DNA of 64,000 bases from Mobula hypostoma (lineage: Eukaryota): the NCBI RefSeq assembly GCF_963921235.1, contig NC_086097.1:55554001-55618000 (forward strand), given 5' to 3'. The translations under genes were made by a program, and so were the position numbers. Below, in pieces: positions 37,526 through 51,477 of this stretch. The notes beneath the pieces were generated by a model. The model was not told where the DNA came from. It saw only the letters and a list, made by a program, of their open reading frames with translations, and did not search any database. Numbering within the stretch: position 1 is the first letter of the stretch; the number at the start of each line of letters is the position of its first letter.

Positions 37526-38817
37526 TATTACCCTGAACTCATCTTTGCATTTCTGATGTTCTGTTTGATGCAGTACTGTAATAATGGAAAATGCAAATAA
37601 TAATTTATGATCCAAACTTGGATTTTAGTTTTGGCCTACCCAGAGCCAAGATTCTAAATTATTATTTGCATTTTGTAATTTTGGAATCTTTCTGGCTTTT
37701 AGCTACCCTGATGAAATATAGCTCTGAAGGAATCTGAGGAAGACTCGTCAATGGAGCTCATTCTTCACAGAACCAGTTCTCATCTGTACATCACAAGCAA
37801 AAATCATAGCAACTATGGAGAAATTTGAGTATTTCAGTCTCCAAGTCAGCAAGATACAGTGATGGAGCATTATTCTGGAAAAATGTAGTGAGATGTAGGA
37901 TGAGTAATTCACAAAAGTAGTTCATTATCCTCATTTACAATGTACTGTATTAATGCATAATTAATGTTGTATGATGTATATATCAATGCTGTATACTCTG
38001 AGGCATTGAGATCTGAGCAAAAAGTTTCCGTGACAGAGACATTCTTTTCATTTGTTCATTTCTTTATACGGATTAATTAAATTAAATCTGCATTTTGTGG
38101 TTCCTTCAGGTGTTGTCTCCTCTGGCCCTAGAGCTTTGATTCCTTGGCTGTTGTCTTATCACATATTCCATTTATTATATTTTCTTCACAATCTTGGTTC
38201 TCTTTTAATGGCCCAGTCCACAGTGTTGTTTGCAGTCATTTAACAGGCTTTGACTAACACCATTAATCCCTTCTTATATTTTATAAGACTGTCAAATCTA
38301 CTAATAAAATAGTTCTGTTGAGATCCATTAGAGGGAGCGAAGTTTATTTTCACTAAGTTTAGATTTTAGAATATAACATGTATATATTAATAATCAAATA
38401 TTTGTTTTATCTATAATCATGCATAGTTGTCTGCAGTCATTTTAATGCTGCTTATCTTTTTAATGTACTTTCAGCTTTATTCTCTATTTGAAAACACCAT
38501 TGGGACTAAAATTATCTGGTGACCCACTGTATTATCCATGAGAGATTGGGGCATGGACTTCCCACCCCAATTTTGTTACGAGCAAACAAATCGCAGATAA
38601 TCATGAAGGCCAGGCAGAAACACACAAGCACTCAGATTGCTAACTGTGCCCCAAGCTCTGAAACCAACTTGTGGGGTACAACCCCTCATTCTGTTGGTGC
38701 CTTGGAACAAATTGGCAGTTGGACCTATGACCAACTTCACATAAAGTATGTCACTGAATAACAAAGGCTTAGTGTAATACAAGATAAGTTATGGAGACTA
38801 AATTAGGAACCAAATGA

Positions 38818-39034
38818 CACACATCAAAGTTGCTGGTGAACGCAGCAGGCCAGGCAGCATCTCTAGGAAGAGGTACAGTCGACGATTCAGGCTGAGACCC
38901 TTCGTCCTGACAAAGGGTCTTGGCCTGAAACGTCGACTGTATCTCTTCCTAGAGATGCTGCCTGGCCTGCTGCGTTCACCAGCAACTTTAATGTGTGTTG
39001 CTTGAATTTCCAGCATCTGCAGAATTCCTGTTGT
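38818..39034. mobile_element. Palindromic PLE mini-element: two inverted HHR-bearing termini plus a 37-nt tail; 15-bp TSD
   Basis: Arms 38818-38906 and 38909-38997 are near-perfect reverse complements. TSD ttaggaa(c/a)caaatga at 38803-38817 and 39035-39049. Confidence 0.9.
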
Positions 39035-39288
39035 TTAGGAAACAAATGATAACACTTTCATGAACTTCTACTATTCATATCTGCTTTCATGTTATACAAA
39101 CTTCAAAGTAGCTGAAACATATCTGACATTGTATGATATTTGTCTGGGATACTTCATTATCTGGTCATAAATTATCACGTGCTCTAGCTACATAATATAG
39201 CGTGCACACAAAAAATATACTGTTTAATATAATATCACCTCATTATGTTAAATTCCTGTATATTTGTTGGTATCTCGCTATAGTCTGC

Positions 39289-41372
39289 TATAAGACCATA
39301 AGATACAGGAGCAGAATTAGGCCATTTTAGCCCATCAAGTCTGCTCCAATATTTCATCATGGCTATTCCAATTTTCCTCTCAACCCCAATCTCCTGCCTT
39401 CTCCTCATATCCCTTCATGCCCCGACCAATCAAGAATCTATCAACCTCTGCCTTAAATATACATAAAGTCTTGGTCTCCACAGCCGTCCTTAGCCAAGAA
39501 TTCCACAGTTTCACCATTCTCTGGCTAAAGAAATTCTTTCTCATCTTTGTTCTAAACGGACACCCCTCTATTCTGAGGCTGTGCCCTCTGGTCTTAGACT
39601 CTCCCACCATAGGAAATATGCTCTCCACACCCACTCGATCACACCTCAACTCTCCACATCCATGTTCTTCACCATTCGATAGGTTTCAATGAGGTCACCT
39701 CTCATTCTTCTGATTCCTATTGAATACAGGCCCAGAGCCATCAAACGCTCTTCATATGACAAGCCATTCAGTCCAGCAATCATTTTCATGAACCACCTTG
39801 CAACACTCTCCAGGTTCAGCACATTCTTTCTAAGATAAGGGTACCAAAAGTGCTCACAATACTTTAAGTGAGGCCTCACCAGTGCTTTATAAAGTCTCAA
39901 CATTACATCCTTGCTTTTATATTCTAGTCCTTTTGAAATGAATACTAACATTGCATTTGCCTTCCTCACCAGAGACTCAACCTGCAAATTAACTTTTAGG
40001 GAATTCTGCGGCTCAGATTTTTGTATTTTTTGTCCATTTAGAAAATAGTCAACCCTTTCATTTCTCCTGCCAAAGTGCATGACCATATACTTCCCGACAC
40101 TGTATTCCATCTGTCATTTCTTTGCCCATTCTCCTAATGTGTCCAAGTCCTTCTGTAGCCTCTTTATTTCCTCAAAACCACGTGCCCCTCCACCTATCTT
40201 CATACCATCTGCAATCTTTGCAACAAAGCCATCAGTTCCTTTATCGAAATCATTGTCATATAGCGTATAAGGAATCAGTCCCAACACAGACCCTGTTAAA
40301 CACCACTAGTCACCAGTAGCCAGTCAGAAAAGGCTCCCTTTATTCCCACTCTTTGCCTCCTGCCAATCAGCCACTGCTTTATCCCTGCTATAATCTTTTC
40401 TGTAATACCATGTGCTTGTAGCTTGTAAAGCAACTTTGTGTATGGCACCTCGTCAAAGGCCTTCTGAAAATCCAAGTACACAACATCAATCGATTCTCCT
40501 TTGTCTATCCTGCTTGTTATTTCTTCAAAGAATTCCAACAGATTTGTCAGACAAGATTTTCCCTTGAGGTAACCATGCTGACTATTACCTATTTTAACAT
40601 GTGCCTCCAAGTACCCCGACAACTCATCCTTAATAATCGACTCCAACCACTGAGGTCAGACTAACTGGCCTATAATTTCCTTTCTTTTGCCTCTCTCCCT
40701 TCTTGAAGAGTGGAGTGACATTTGCAATTTTCCAGTCTCTGGAAAGATTTGAGGATCTAGTGATTCTTGAAAGATCATTACTAGTGCTTCCACAATCTCT
40801 TCAGCCAGCTCTTTTAGAACTCTGGGGTGTACACCATCTGGTCCAGATGACTTATCTACCTTCAGACCTTTCAGTTTCCCAAGAACCTTCTCTCTAGTTA
40901 TGGTAACTTCACATGCTTCATGACCTCTGACTCCTAGAACTTCCATCATACTGCTAGTGTAAAGATTGATGCAAAATACTTATTCAGTTCGTCTGCCATT
41001 TCGTTGTCCCCCATTACTACCTCCCCAGCATTGTTTTCCAGCAGTCCAATATCCAGTTTCACCTCTCTTTTACACTTAATGTATTTGAAGAAACTTTTGG
41101 TATCCTGTTTAATATTATTGGCTAGCTTACTTTAGTATTCCATCTTTACCTTTTTAATGACTGGTTAACTTCTGATGGTTTTTAAAAACTTCCTATTCCT
41201 CTAACCTCCCATTAATATTTGCTCTATTATATGCCCTCTCTTTGGCTTTGATGATGGCTTTGACAGCTCTTGCTAGTCATGGTTATGTCATCTTTCCTTT
41301 AGAATACTTCTTCCACGTTGGGATGTATATATTCTGTGCCTTCTGAATTGCTTTCAGAAATTCCAGCTATTG
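39289..41372 (-). mobile_element. CR1 LINE, 5'-truncated, disrupted ORF2
   Basis: Minus ORFs: DKSSGPDGVHPRVLKE, SQHGYLKGKSCLTNLLEFFE...DFQKAFD, LYKALVRPHLKYC, TRGHSLRIEG. Tail ataagaccataag at 39289. Confidence 0.9.
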
Positions 41373-41689
41373 TTCAGCTCATTCAATAACTTTATTGTAT
41401 CACATGGAACAGACTGAATGAGCTGAGAACCCACTGCTGTGATGGTGAAGACTTCAGAAGATGATCAAAACACTTAGACAAAGAATACCTTGCTGCTGAT
41501 GATTGCACATTGTCCCACCTTGTCTAAGTGATGAGCTACAGCACTGAGAATGGGATGTTTATGGGTCTTTTCCTCTTATTTGATCTCACTAGCCTGTGTA
41601 ACTGGATCACATCACACTGAGCCAGAAACTGAATGCTTACACTGTTCTTCAAACTCTCAGTAATCTATCAGGTGGTCCTGCCTCCTTCA

Positions 41690-42013
41690 GTTTCTTCTAT
41701 AGTTCACTCTCCTCTTCTGTCAGATTCCTTCTTGTTTACCCCTTTACCTCTTCTACCTATCACCTCCCGGCTTCTCTCTTCATGCCCCTCCCCCACCCAC
41801 TTACCTGCCTTCCCTCTCACCTGGTTTCTTCTATCGCTTTCCAGGATGTACTCATTCCACCTCTCCCCCTCCCCCCACTCCACTTTGTATCTGGCTCCTT
41901 GCTCCTTCCTTTCCGGTCCTGATGAAGGGTCTCAGTCCAAAGCATTGACGGTTGATTCCACTCCATAGATGCTGCCTGATCTGCTGAGTTCCTCCAGATT
42001 TTTGAGTGTGCTG
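41690..42013 (+). mobile_element. PLE 3'UTR/terminal repeat with decayed HHR (41915-41950)
   Basis: Pyrimidine-rich UTR, then ggtc-ctgatga-a-gggtctcagtcc-aaag-catt-gacg and tccatagatgctgcctgatctgctgagttcctccag. Confidence 0.75.
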
Positions 42014-42899
42014 CACCTAACAGATTGCTAAATAAATAAATAACATCAGCACACTATTAATTGTCTCTACGAGTGTCAAGAGAACTGATCTTTGCCCCTT
42101 GGTGAAAATCAATAGTAATCGGCTTTACCTGTACACATTAAGAATTGATACATTTTCAGTTGTTCAATTAAAAAGGATCACAGATTTACAAGTTGATTGC
42201 ATTAAAGTGACTTCAGGTTTACAGGTACATAATTTTATGTTATAGACATTGATGTAACTGATGTTAAAATCTTTGCGTGGTATCAATGATGCCATTAACT
42301 GTGCTCTGACTATTTATTGTATAAACGGAAATAAATAGCCATTGGCAAACTGTAAAGGATTGCTTCATTCTGTCTGTCTTTGGTTTCAGGCTCATTATTG
42401 AAATTGACAGATCTCAGATGAGCTTCATTTGGTTTACCAGTAACAGCCCCATGTGTGAATTCATCTGTATGGTTTGTAATGAGAACAGGCATTCATGTTT
42501 GTTGCTGCAGGTTTCAGCCACCTCTGGAGGTCAGGGACTTGCCAACCATGAGTGATGAGTTCCATTATTTCTCACTTCCACATCCCCTTGCTTTAGCAAA
42601 GAGCATGAGCTCATAGGCTGTTAAGTGCTCTATATCTATAAAATGCAACAATGATTTTCAACTCAGTTTACCATTTTGCATAGAATAATATACCTTCTAA
42701 GAAGCACTGTTCCAATTTGCAATTAAATAGTCAATAAAATTGCATATACATAGTTGTTTTTTTGCAAGTGAATATGCATGTGTGTATATGTGTAGATATT
42801 ATCTAAATGGTGCCATAGTCTGTGCACAATTAAGGTCCTACATTGTCATTTACATCTCAGCACTTCTGAAAGCTAATCTCAATATTGATTCAAGATAGA

Positions 42900-43340
42900 A
42901 GGCTGCAGTCACAAATCATGAAAGGGTTTGTGACTGCAGCCTATGGTAGTTTCTGACTGCAAACTATGACAGGAACCTACGACGGAAAGAGTAGAGTTTG
43001 GGGAAGGAAATAGACTTCTAAAAATGAATTCCACCATGCAAAAGGTCATGGAAGCTAGGGAATATTGAAAAGTAAACAATGATGTCATGGAACATATCGG
43101 CATTATGAAATAGGAGATGCTGGCAGTGTTGAGGTGCGTAAAGGTGGATAAATTCCTATAGCCTGACGAAGTCATAAAGAGCACTATAGCGCAGAAACTG
43201 GCCTTTCAGCCCATCTAATGCAAGCTGAACAATTATTCTGTCTCATCTCATTGAACTGTACCTGGACCATAGCCCTACATACCCCTCCATCCATGTGTTT
43301 ATCCAAACATCTCTTAAATATTGAACTTAAAACCCGCAGC
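42900..43340. mobile_element. CR1 fragments (plus-strand ORF2 piece, then minus-strand 3' tail from ~43170)
   Basis: EMLAVLRCVKVDKFL.PD. Then gtcataaagagcactatagcgcagaaactggcctttcagccc. Confidence 0.55.
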
Positions 43341-43479
43341 TACCACTTCCACTGGCAGCTCGTCCACATGTGCTTTGTTTTGTTTCTCTATAATTAAGTT
43401 GCCTCTGTTTTGTTTGTCTTTGATGACTCCAATTGCCACAAACCGTTCATATCAGCCCGACCTTTCATTGTTCCTGACT

Positions 43480-44125
43480 AAAGCACCTTTGTGCTGTCTG
43501 CTGGCACCAGCCTTGAGACTACTCCCAGACCCTTACATCATCGATGGTCAGCCAGTGTATACAGTCCATCCACTTTTGGACTCCCCTAATTTGTGGCCAG
43601 CTCCAGTACTTGGTCGACTGGGAGGATTTACGGCCCAGAGAAATGTTATTGGTTGCCTCCCATGACATCCTGGACCCAGACCTGATCAGAGACTTCCACT
43701 ATCGCTATCCAGATCACCCTGGGCCGAAAGGTCCCAGCCATAGGGTGGGGGGAATGGTGCTATCCTGTTTTGGTCTAATCACCAGGGGGCACCAGAGTTC
43801 TTCAGCCTTCAATGCTTCTTCTCCCCTACTTACAGGCTGTTTATTTTCACCTGTATCTTGTTTGAGTTATCAGTGCATCTGTGCCTTGTTTTGTTTCTCT
43901 ATTGAAGTTCTCACTGTATTGTCTGTCTTTCCTCTGTCTTGAGTTTACCTATGCTATGTGTAGTGATTCGTGAGTACTTACATAAGTTCTCTACAAACTA
44001 ATCTTCAAGTAAAGATTCTTCATTCAACTCCATATTCATCTCTGATCTTCCTTGCACTTGGGTCCACCTGGTCTTCATCTCTCCTGGTAGTCCCCGGTTA
44101 AGTATAGGGAATTTCACCATAACAA
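43480..44125 (+). mobile_element. Gypsy chromovirus 3' end: chromodomain, PPT and LTR
   Basis: [15 protein letters not shown] / [11 protein letters not shown]...[12 protein letters not shown] is an integrase chromodomain. Purine tract agggtggggggaatgg (43742-43757), then tg...ataaca. Confidence 0.75.
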
Positions 44126-44126
44126 C

Positions 44127-45926
44127 CCTGGTTCAACCCAGCCTGGCAACCACCTTAGTTACACCAGCATCTTACACAACTTGAACATAGCATCCCAATT
44201 TCTGTATTCAGTACTTTGATTTTTGAAGCCCAATGTGCCAAAAGCTCTCTTTACAACCCTATCTACCTGCTATACCACTTTCAAGGAATTAGTGAATTAT
44301 AGATTTGTAATCCTAAATCTCTGTTCTACGACACTCCTTAGTGCCCTACTGTTTATTGTGTAAGTCCTACTCTGGTTTGTCCTTTTGAAGTACAACACGT
44401 CACATTTGTCTGCATTAATGCCATTTGCTATTTTTCAGCCCATTTTGCCAGATGGTCCGGATCCCATTGCAAGCTTTGATAGCTTTCCTCACTGTCCACT
44501 AAACCCCCAATCCTGGTATGATCTGCAAGTTTGTTGATCCAGTTTGCCACATTATCATCCAGGTCATTGATATAGTTGACAACCAACACCCATTCCTGCA
44601 GCACACCACTAGTCACAGGCCTCTCGTTAGAGAGGCAACCGACTAATACCATGATCTGGCTTCTTCCATGATGCCAATGTCATTCCAATTTATTACCTCA
44701 CCCTGAGTGCCAAGTGACAGAACTTTCTTCATCAGCCTCCTGTTTAGGATATTGTCAAAGGCCTTGCTAAAGTCTATGTAGATTACATCCACTGCCTTTA
44801 CTTGAAAAACTACGTACAAAGCCATGTTGACTATAACTAATCATTCCCTGTCTATCCAATCACTTATATCTGGTCCTTTAGAATACCTTCCAATAACTTA
44901 CCCACTACTGGTGGCAGGCTCCCATCTTATTCTTAGAGCCTTTCTTAAACAATGGAACAACATTAGCCATTCGCCAGCACCACACCTGTGGCTGAGGACT
45001 TCAAATATTCCTACTAGGGCCCCTACTATCCCTAGAAGGTGCAAAGTCCTTGTCAGGCCCTGAGGACTTATCCACCCTAACTTGCCTCAAGATAGCAAGC
45101 ACCTCCTTCTCTGTGATCCATGTATGATCCATGACCTCACTGCTGTATTGCTTCACTTCTATAGACACTGTGTTTATCTCCTGAGTAAATATAGATGCAA
45201 AAAAAAAAATCATTTAAGAACTCCCCCATCTCTTCAGCTCCATTCATGGATAAGCATATTGATCTTCAAGAGGACCAATTCTGTCCCTTGCTGCTTGTTT
45301 TTAATATATCTGTAGAAGCCCTTTCTATTTCTAGATCCTCTTTCATCTGGTCTGCTGGAGCAACCTCATGTCTTCTTTTAGCCCTTCTGATTTCCCTCTT
45401 AAGTGTTCTCTTGCATTTCTTATGCTCCTCAAGTACCTCATTTGGTTCCTTGGTGCATACACCTCCTTCTTAACCAGGGCCTCAATATCTCTCGATAACC
45501 AAGGTTCCTTAAACTATTTGCCTTTTTTTTATTCTGACAGGAACATACAAACATTGTACTGCCAAAATTTCACTTCTGAAGGCCTGGTACTTTGCCAGAG
45601 TGCATGTCTTTTCCAGAACGCAAACTGTCCCAATCCACACTTGTCAGATCCTTTCTGATACCATCAAACTTAGCTTTTCTCCAATTTAGAATCTCTACTC
45701 GAGGAGAATCTTTACTATCCTTCGCCATAATTATCTTGAAACTAATGGAGTTAAGATCATTAGATCCAAAGTGATTCCCTACACATACTTGGATCACCTG
45801 TCTTGTCTTCTTCCTTAAAAGGAGATCCAGTATCTCATTCTCTCTAGTTGGGGCCTATATATATTGATTAAGAAAACCTTCTTGAACTAATTTGACAAAT
45901 TCTAACCTATTCAACCCTTTCACTGA
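44127..45926 (-). mobile_element. CR1 LINE, degenerate, split by the L1 (continues 51492-~51715)
   Basis: AVDVIYIDFSKAFD, VTSGVLQ, DKSSGPD, NHFGSNDLNSISF. The right part encodes WVELWNRK...IGLYNRPPNS (APE). Confidence 0.85.
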
Positions 45927-48900
45927 GATTTCCTGGTGGTGGCTGATGGAGAACAGCAATCTGCCGTTGCTCCAACTCTAATTATCTTACTATTTCCAAC
46001 CTGTCTTGAAACTTTTTTTTTAAGTGTGATATTTTTTCATTATGGCTGGAAGGAGTGCCAGAAGTACTAAAAAGGATGATTTTCCTGCTTCTTTGGATTC
46101 TATTACGGAATTGCTCCAAAGTCATACATGAGAAGCCTCTGAGAAGTTTCAACAATTCAGCACTGAATTTAAACAAATAGATGGTAAATTGGACTCTATT
46201 CAACAAACTCTTAATGAACACAGTAAACATATCAAGAATAATGAAGAAAATTTGTTGGCTCTGGAAACGGAAATGGATGAACTGCAGAAGCTTTGTGAAA
46301 AGCAATCGAAGTCCGATGAAAAGTTAAGACAGAAAATAGAAGTAGAAGGAACAACTTACTGGTTCTGGGTCTTGAAGAATTAATCGAAGGTAACCATCCT
46401 ATGGAGTTTTTTTGCTAATTTTTTGCAAGAATTATTTCTGGAGATTTTGATGTCTGTGCCTACGATTGATCGAGTTTACAGATCTCCTGCGTTTAGAACT
46501 CCTAACGGTCAGAGACCAAGATCAATGATAATCTGCTGTCATAAATTTAAAACAAAGGAACTGTTAATTCATGAATTTCGTCGAAGAGGCATGATTGACT
46601 ATAATGGTTGCAAGATTAGAATTGTTGAAGATTATTCACCTGAGGTTATGCAGGAACGTGTTAAATTCAAAGAAGTTATGTCCGAGTTTTTTAATATGGG
46701 TTTCAAGCCTTCTCTTTGCTACCCAGCGCGACTCAGAATTACACTTAAAAATGGTTCTTTTGAATGGTTCCACTTGACTATTGAAGCACAAAAGTTTTTA
46801 AAATCCGAAGGTTAAATCCCAAGGGTAACTTTAATTTCTCCTGAAGTGAAGACATAAGATTAAATGAGAAACTTTTAATTCACAAATCCCGTTGAAGGGG
46901 CATGTCTGGTTATAGGATGGAATATTAAGATTCTCAAATGTTATTCGCTTGAGGTTATGCAGGAGTGTGTTAAGTTTAAACAAGCTCTGTTGGAATTTTT
47001 TTTAACAAGGGTTTTAACCCATCCCTTGGCTCCCCAGTTTGACTGAGAATCTAATTAAAGATGGATTCTTCGAATGGCTTCGTTTGAATGTTGAAACACA
47101 AAATTTTTTTTTAAAATTTGAAAGCTAATTGTTTTTTTTTCCATGAAGATATAAGATTAATGTTCAATGTCTATCTATATGAATAATTGTATCTTTTACT
47201 TTTGGTAAACCTTTGTAACTAATTTCCTTTCGTATTTTTAATACTGTATTTTGATGTACGAGAGCTGAATCTCTTGTTTGGGTTTTGTTTAGTCTAGGTT
47301 GGAATATAAATATCCTTGAAACTAATTGGAGCAATCACCAGGTTTTTTGGGGGGTTGCCAGTAGTTTGTAGATGCCGACTTTCTATTAGTCGGTTCTTCT
47401 GCTTTGGGAGGTGGGCGGGATCATGGTTTTTTCCCCTAGAAGCTGTTTTCGAATTTTTAGCCAACTTGTTGCTGGGTTACCATTTCTCAAGGCTTATAGC
47501 TTGGCTTTTAACTTACATTTTAACCCTTCCTTTAAATAATATTAAAAATGGACCAAACTATTAATTTACTCAGTTTTAATGTGAAAGGGTTAAATCACCC
47601 TGTTAAACATAATAAGATTTTTGCTTATATCAAGAAATTTAAGGTCCCTATTATTTTTTTTACAAGAAACTCACATATGCAAATATGATAATCTACGTTT
47701 TTTTTAGCTGTTGGAATGGACTTCGTTTGCACTCTTCAGGCCAGATCCAGAGGAGTTTCAATTCTTATAGATAATACACTTTCCTTTGTCCAACATATAG
47801 TGTCTAATATTACTGAACATTTTGTTGTAGTCTCAGGAAAACTAGATAATAAGTTAATAGTATTTGCCAATGTGTATGCCCCAAATATAGATGACCCAGG
47901 ATTCTTTGAACGTTTTTTTCTTTTTTACCAGATCTGAATCTTTATTCTTTGGTGATGGGAGGAGATTTTAACTGTTGGCTAGACCCAGTTTTAGACCAAG
48001 CGTCGCTTAATAATTCAGCTTTGTTTATTCAATCCTTTTTATTGAAGTGTGGTACAGTTGGTGTTTGGCGTTTCTTACATCCCTTAGATAGGGAATATTC
48101 ATTTTTTCCCATGTTCATCACACATATTCAGGATTGGTTCCAGGATTCAAATGATCTCATCAGTTCGTTCCTGTGAATATAAAGAGATTGTTGTTTCAGA
48201 TCATGCTCCTATATTTCTATCTTTAAAACTCCCTGGTCTTCTTCAAACCAACAGATTCTGGCATTTTAATACAACTTTGTTACCTGATAAGGAATTTTTT
48301 AAATTTCTAGAGAAGCATATTATTTTGTTTTTTGAAGAGAATAAAAATGAAGAGACTTCTAATCTTATAGGATACTTTCAAGGACAAATTAGAGTACAAA
48401 TTATTTCTTATACTGCGAGTGTTAAGAATAAAGTTAATAAAGAAAGAATTGAATTAGCCAATCAATTAAAACAATTAGATCAAAAATATGCTATAGCTCC
48501 AGATCCTGTTTTATATAAAAGTCTTGTTGAAGTTAAAACTAAGTATGATCTTCTGTTAACATATCCAATTGAAACTCAACTTCTTAAAGATAAAACTCAA
48601 TTTAACATTCACGGAGATAAAGCAGGCAAAGTATTGGCCAACCAATTAAAAACTTCGTAGTTAAACAACAAATTAAAGAATTTACAAAACTAATGGTGAT
48701 AGGATAAATGATTACTTTTAGAGAATTCTATTCTAAACTTTATAGTTCTGATTCCCCTAAAGATAATACTGTAATGAACAATTTTTTAGATCAATTAAAT
48801 ATCCCTGCACATACAATTGGAGAAGGCTCTGGGTCCAGATGGATTTTCTGGAGAATTTTATAAGGCTTTTTCTTCATTAATTATACCACAGTTTCACTTA

Positions 48901-51477
48901 GTCTTTTTGGATTCTTTCACATTGGGTAGTTTGCCTCAATCTTTTTATGAAGCTTATATTTCGCTTATCCTAAAAAAGAACAAGGATCCAACTGAATGGT
49001 CTTCATATAGGCCAATTTCATCATTTAATGTAGATACTAAAATTCTTTCTAAAGTTCTGGTTTGTAGGTTTGAAAATATTTTACCTTCTATTATTTCTGA
49101 TGATCAGACTGGATTTACTAAAAACCGACATTCCCATTTTAATATACGCCATGTATTAAATGTTATTTACTCTCCTTCTCAGGAGATATCGGAATGTGTG
49201 ATATCCTTAGGTGCTGAGAAAGCCTTCAATCGGGTTGAATGGAATTATTTATTTAAAACCTTAGAAAAATTTAATTTTGGACCAGATTTTATTCAATGGA
49301 TTAAATTACTTTATTTATCTCCTCCTGCTCGAGTTCTTACTAATTTTCATAACTCCAAACCATTTAAACATCACCGTGGAACTAGACAAGGCTGTCCATT
49401 GAGTCCTTTGCTTTTTGATTTAGCTTTAGAACCCCTTGCCATTGCTTTTCGAGAATCTAATGATATCTGTGGTATTTTAAGGAGAGGTATCACCCACAAA
49501 ATCTCGCTTTACACTGATGATATATTGCTTTTTATGTCTAACGTTGAGATTTCATTTCCTTCATTTCTTTACTCTTCAGTTTTAGCCAGTTTTCAGGATA
49601 TAAACTGAATATACATAAGAGTGAATTATTTCCTTTAAATAATTTGGCATCAATTAATACTAATCTTCCTTTTAAAATTGTAAGGAATCAAATTTGGGTG
49701 CAACAGTCACTAAGAATTACAAACACCTGTTTAAAGAAAACTTTTTTACTTTATTGAACCATGTAAAAAAGATATTATTAACTTGGTCACCTCTTTCAAT
49801 ATCATTGATCGGACGAATTAATTCTATTAAAATGAAGATTCTACCTAAATTTATATATCTTTTTCAGGCTTTACCTGTTTTTATTCCTTAATCCTTTTTT
49901 GACTCTCTTGAATCTATTTTATCCTCCTATAGATGGAAAAATAAACGTCGTCGTTTAAATGAAGTTCATCTTCAAAAACCTAAAAAGTCTGGAGGTTTCG
50001 CTTTCCCTAATTTTAGGTTTTTATTACTGGGCAGTTAATATACGATATCTTACGTTTTTGGATATATTATATTAATCGTGTAGACTGTCCGGTATGGGTT
50101 TCTTTAGAAGCTAACTCTGTTAATAAATTTTCTATTATTTCTCTTCTTGGATCCTCATTTCCTTTATTTGTAAGTGCACTAACTGATAATTTAATAGTTA
50201 AACATACTCTGAGGATCTGGATACAATTTAGAAAACATTTTGGTTTATTGAGGTTTTCCCTTTCTAGTCCCATTTATTCGAATTTTTTTAACCCCTCCAT
50301 GACTGATTTAGTTTTTAAAGAATGGGCCAGGTTGGGTATTAAATGTTTTTGGGATCTGTTTGTTGGAGGAAATCTTTTTTCATTTGAACAATTGTCGGCT
50401 AAATATAGCCTACCCAAAACACACTTTTTAAAATATCTACAAATCAGAGACTTTCTAAGATCTCAATTATGTACATTTCCTATAAGCTCAGATAAGAACT
50501 TAATAGATGTAATTTTTAATTTGACACCTTTTTATAATAGTTCAATATCTAATATTTATGGTATGTTACTGGAGACAAGGAATGTTCCTTTAGACAAAAT
50601 TAAGAATCTCTGTGAACAAGACTTACAGACATCAATATCTGAGGAAACTTGGAATGAAATTTTTAAACTGGTTAATACGTCATGGCTATGTGCTCGCCAT
50701 TTCTTTATACAATTTAAGGTGGTACATAGAGTCCATATGACTAAAGGTAAGCTATCTCATTTTTATTCGGACATATCTCCTTACTGTGATAGATGCAATA
50801 ATGGAGAAGCTTCATTTTAATTCATATGTTTTGGATTTGTCCATGTCTTGAAAAATATTGGAAGGAAGTTTTTCAAACTTTTTCTTTACTTTTCAAAGTC
50901 AATTTTAAGCCTAATCCTCTGACGGCCCTATTCGGTATTGTTGCTGGATAGGTATCAAGTTGAAGACATCAGATTTACATATTTTGGCCTTTAGCTCTCT
51001 TATAGCTAGGAAGGCACTTTTGTTTAAATGGAAAGATGTTTCTCCTTCTACTCATGCTCAATGGTTATGCAATTTTATGTCATGCTTAGATTTAGAGAAG
51101 ATTTGTTGTTCAATTTCTGAATCTCGTCAAGACTTTCAAACCTTGTGGGGACCCTTTCTGAATTATTTTCAAAACTTTCAAAGCCCTCAATTCGTTGTTT
51201 AAATTTAAATGTTGGCTATCATTAATTTTTATTAGAAGGTATTTTACCTTTTTTTCTCCTTAATAAACAGCTTCGGTCTTAGTAGGGGTTGGATTTTTTT
51301 GTAATAGATTAGTATATTTCAATATAACTTTGACTAATCTACATGAATACGGGGTAATGAGATTGTTATTATGAATAGATACAATGTAATTTGTAGTTGT
51401 TTTTTCCGACCTTTATATATACTTCCTTTTACTCTGTATTCTTTTATGTAGAAACTAATAAAAATATTGAAAAGAAT
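45927..51477 (+). mobile_element. Near full-length L1 (ORF1 46042-46815, ORF2 47548-~51200, both disrupted); 14-bp TSD
   Basis: ORF1 coiled coil/RRM/CTD (IDRVYR...RPRSMI...IRIVEDYS...YPARLRI). ORF2 APE (FNVKGLN, NVYAPN, GGDFN, SDH), RT (GPDGF, YRPIS, DQTGF, KAF, RGTRQGCPLSP, YTDD) and C-terminal CDRC. TSD aaccctttcactga at 45913-45926 and 51478-51491. Confidence 0.95.

Noticed and set aside
38519..38782. Overlapping short ORFs in a GC-richer patch, a possible exon
   Set aside because: No recognisable protein similarity or supportable splice structure.
38798..39016. Mirror-image ORFs on both strands encoding near-identical peptides
   Set aside because: This is an artefact of the DNA palindrome. 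There is no evidence of coding function.
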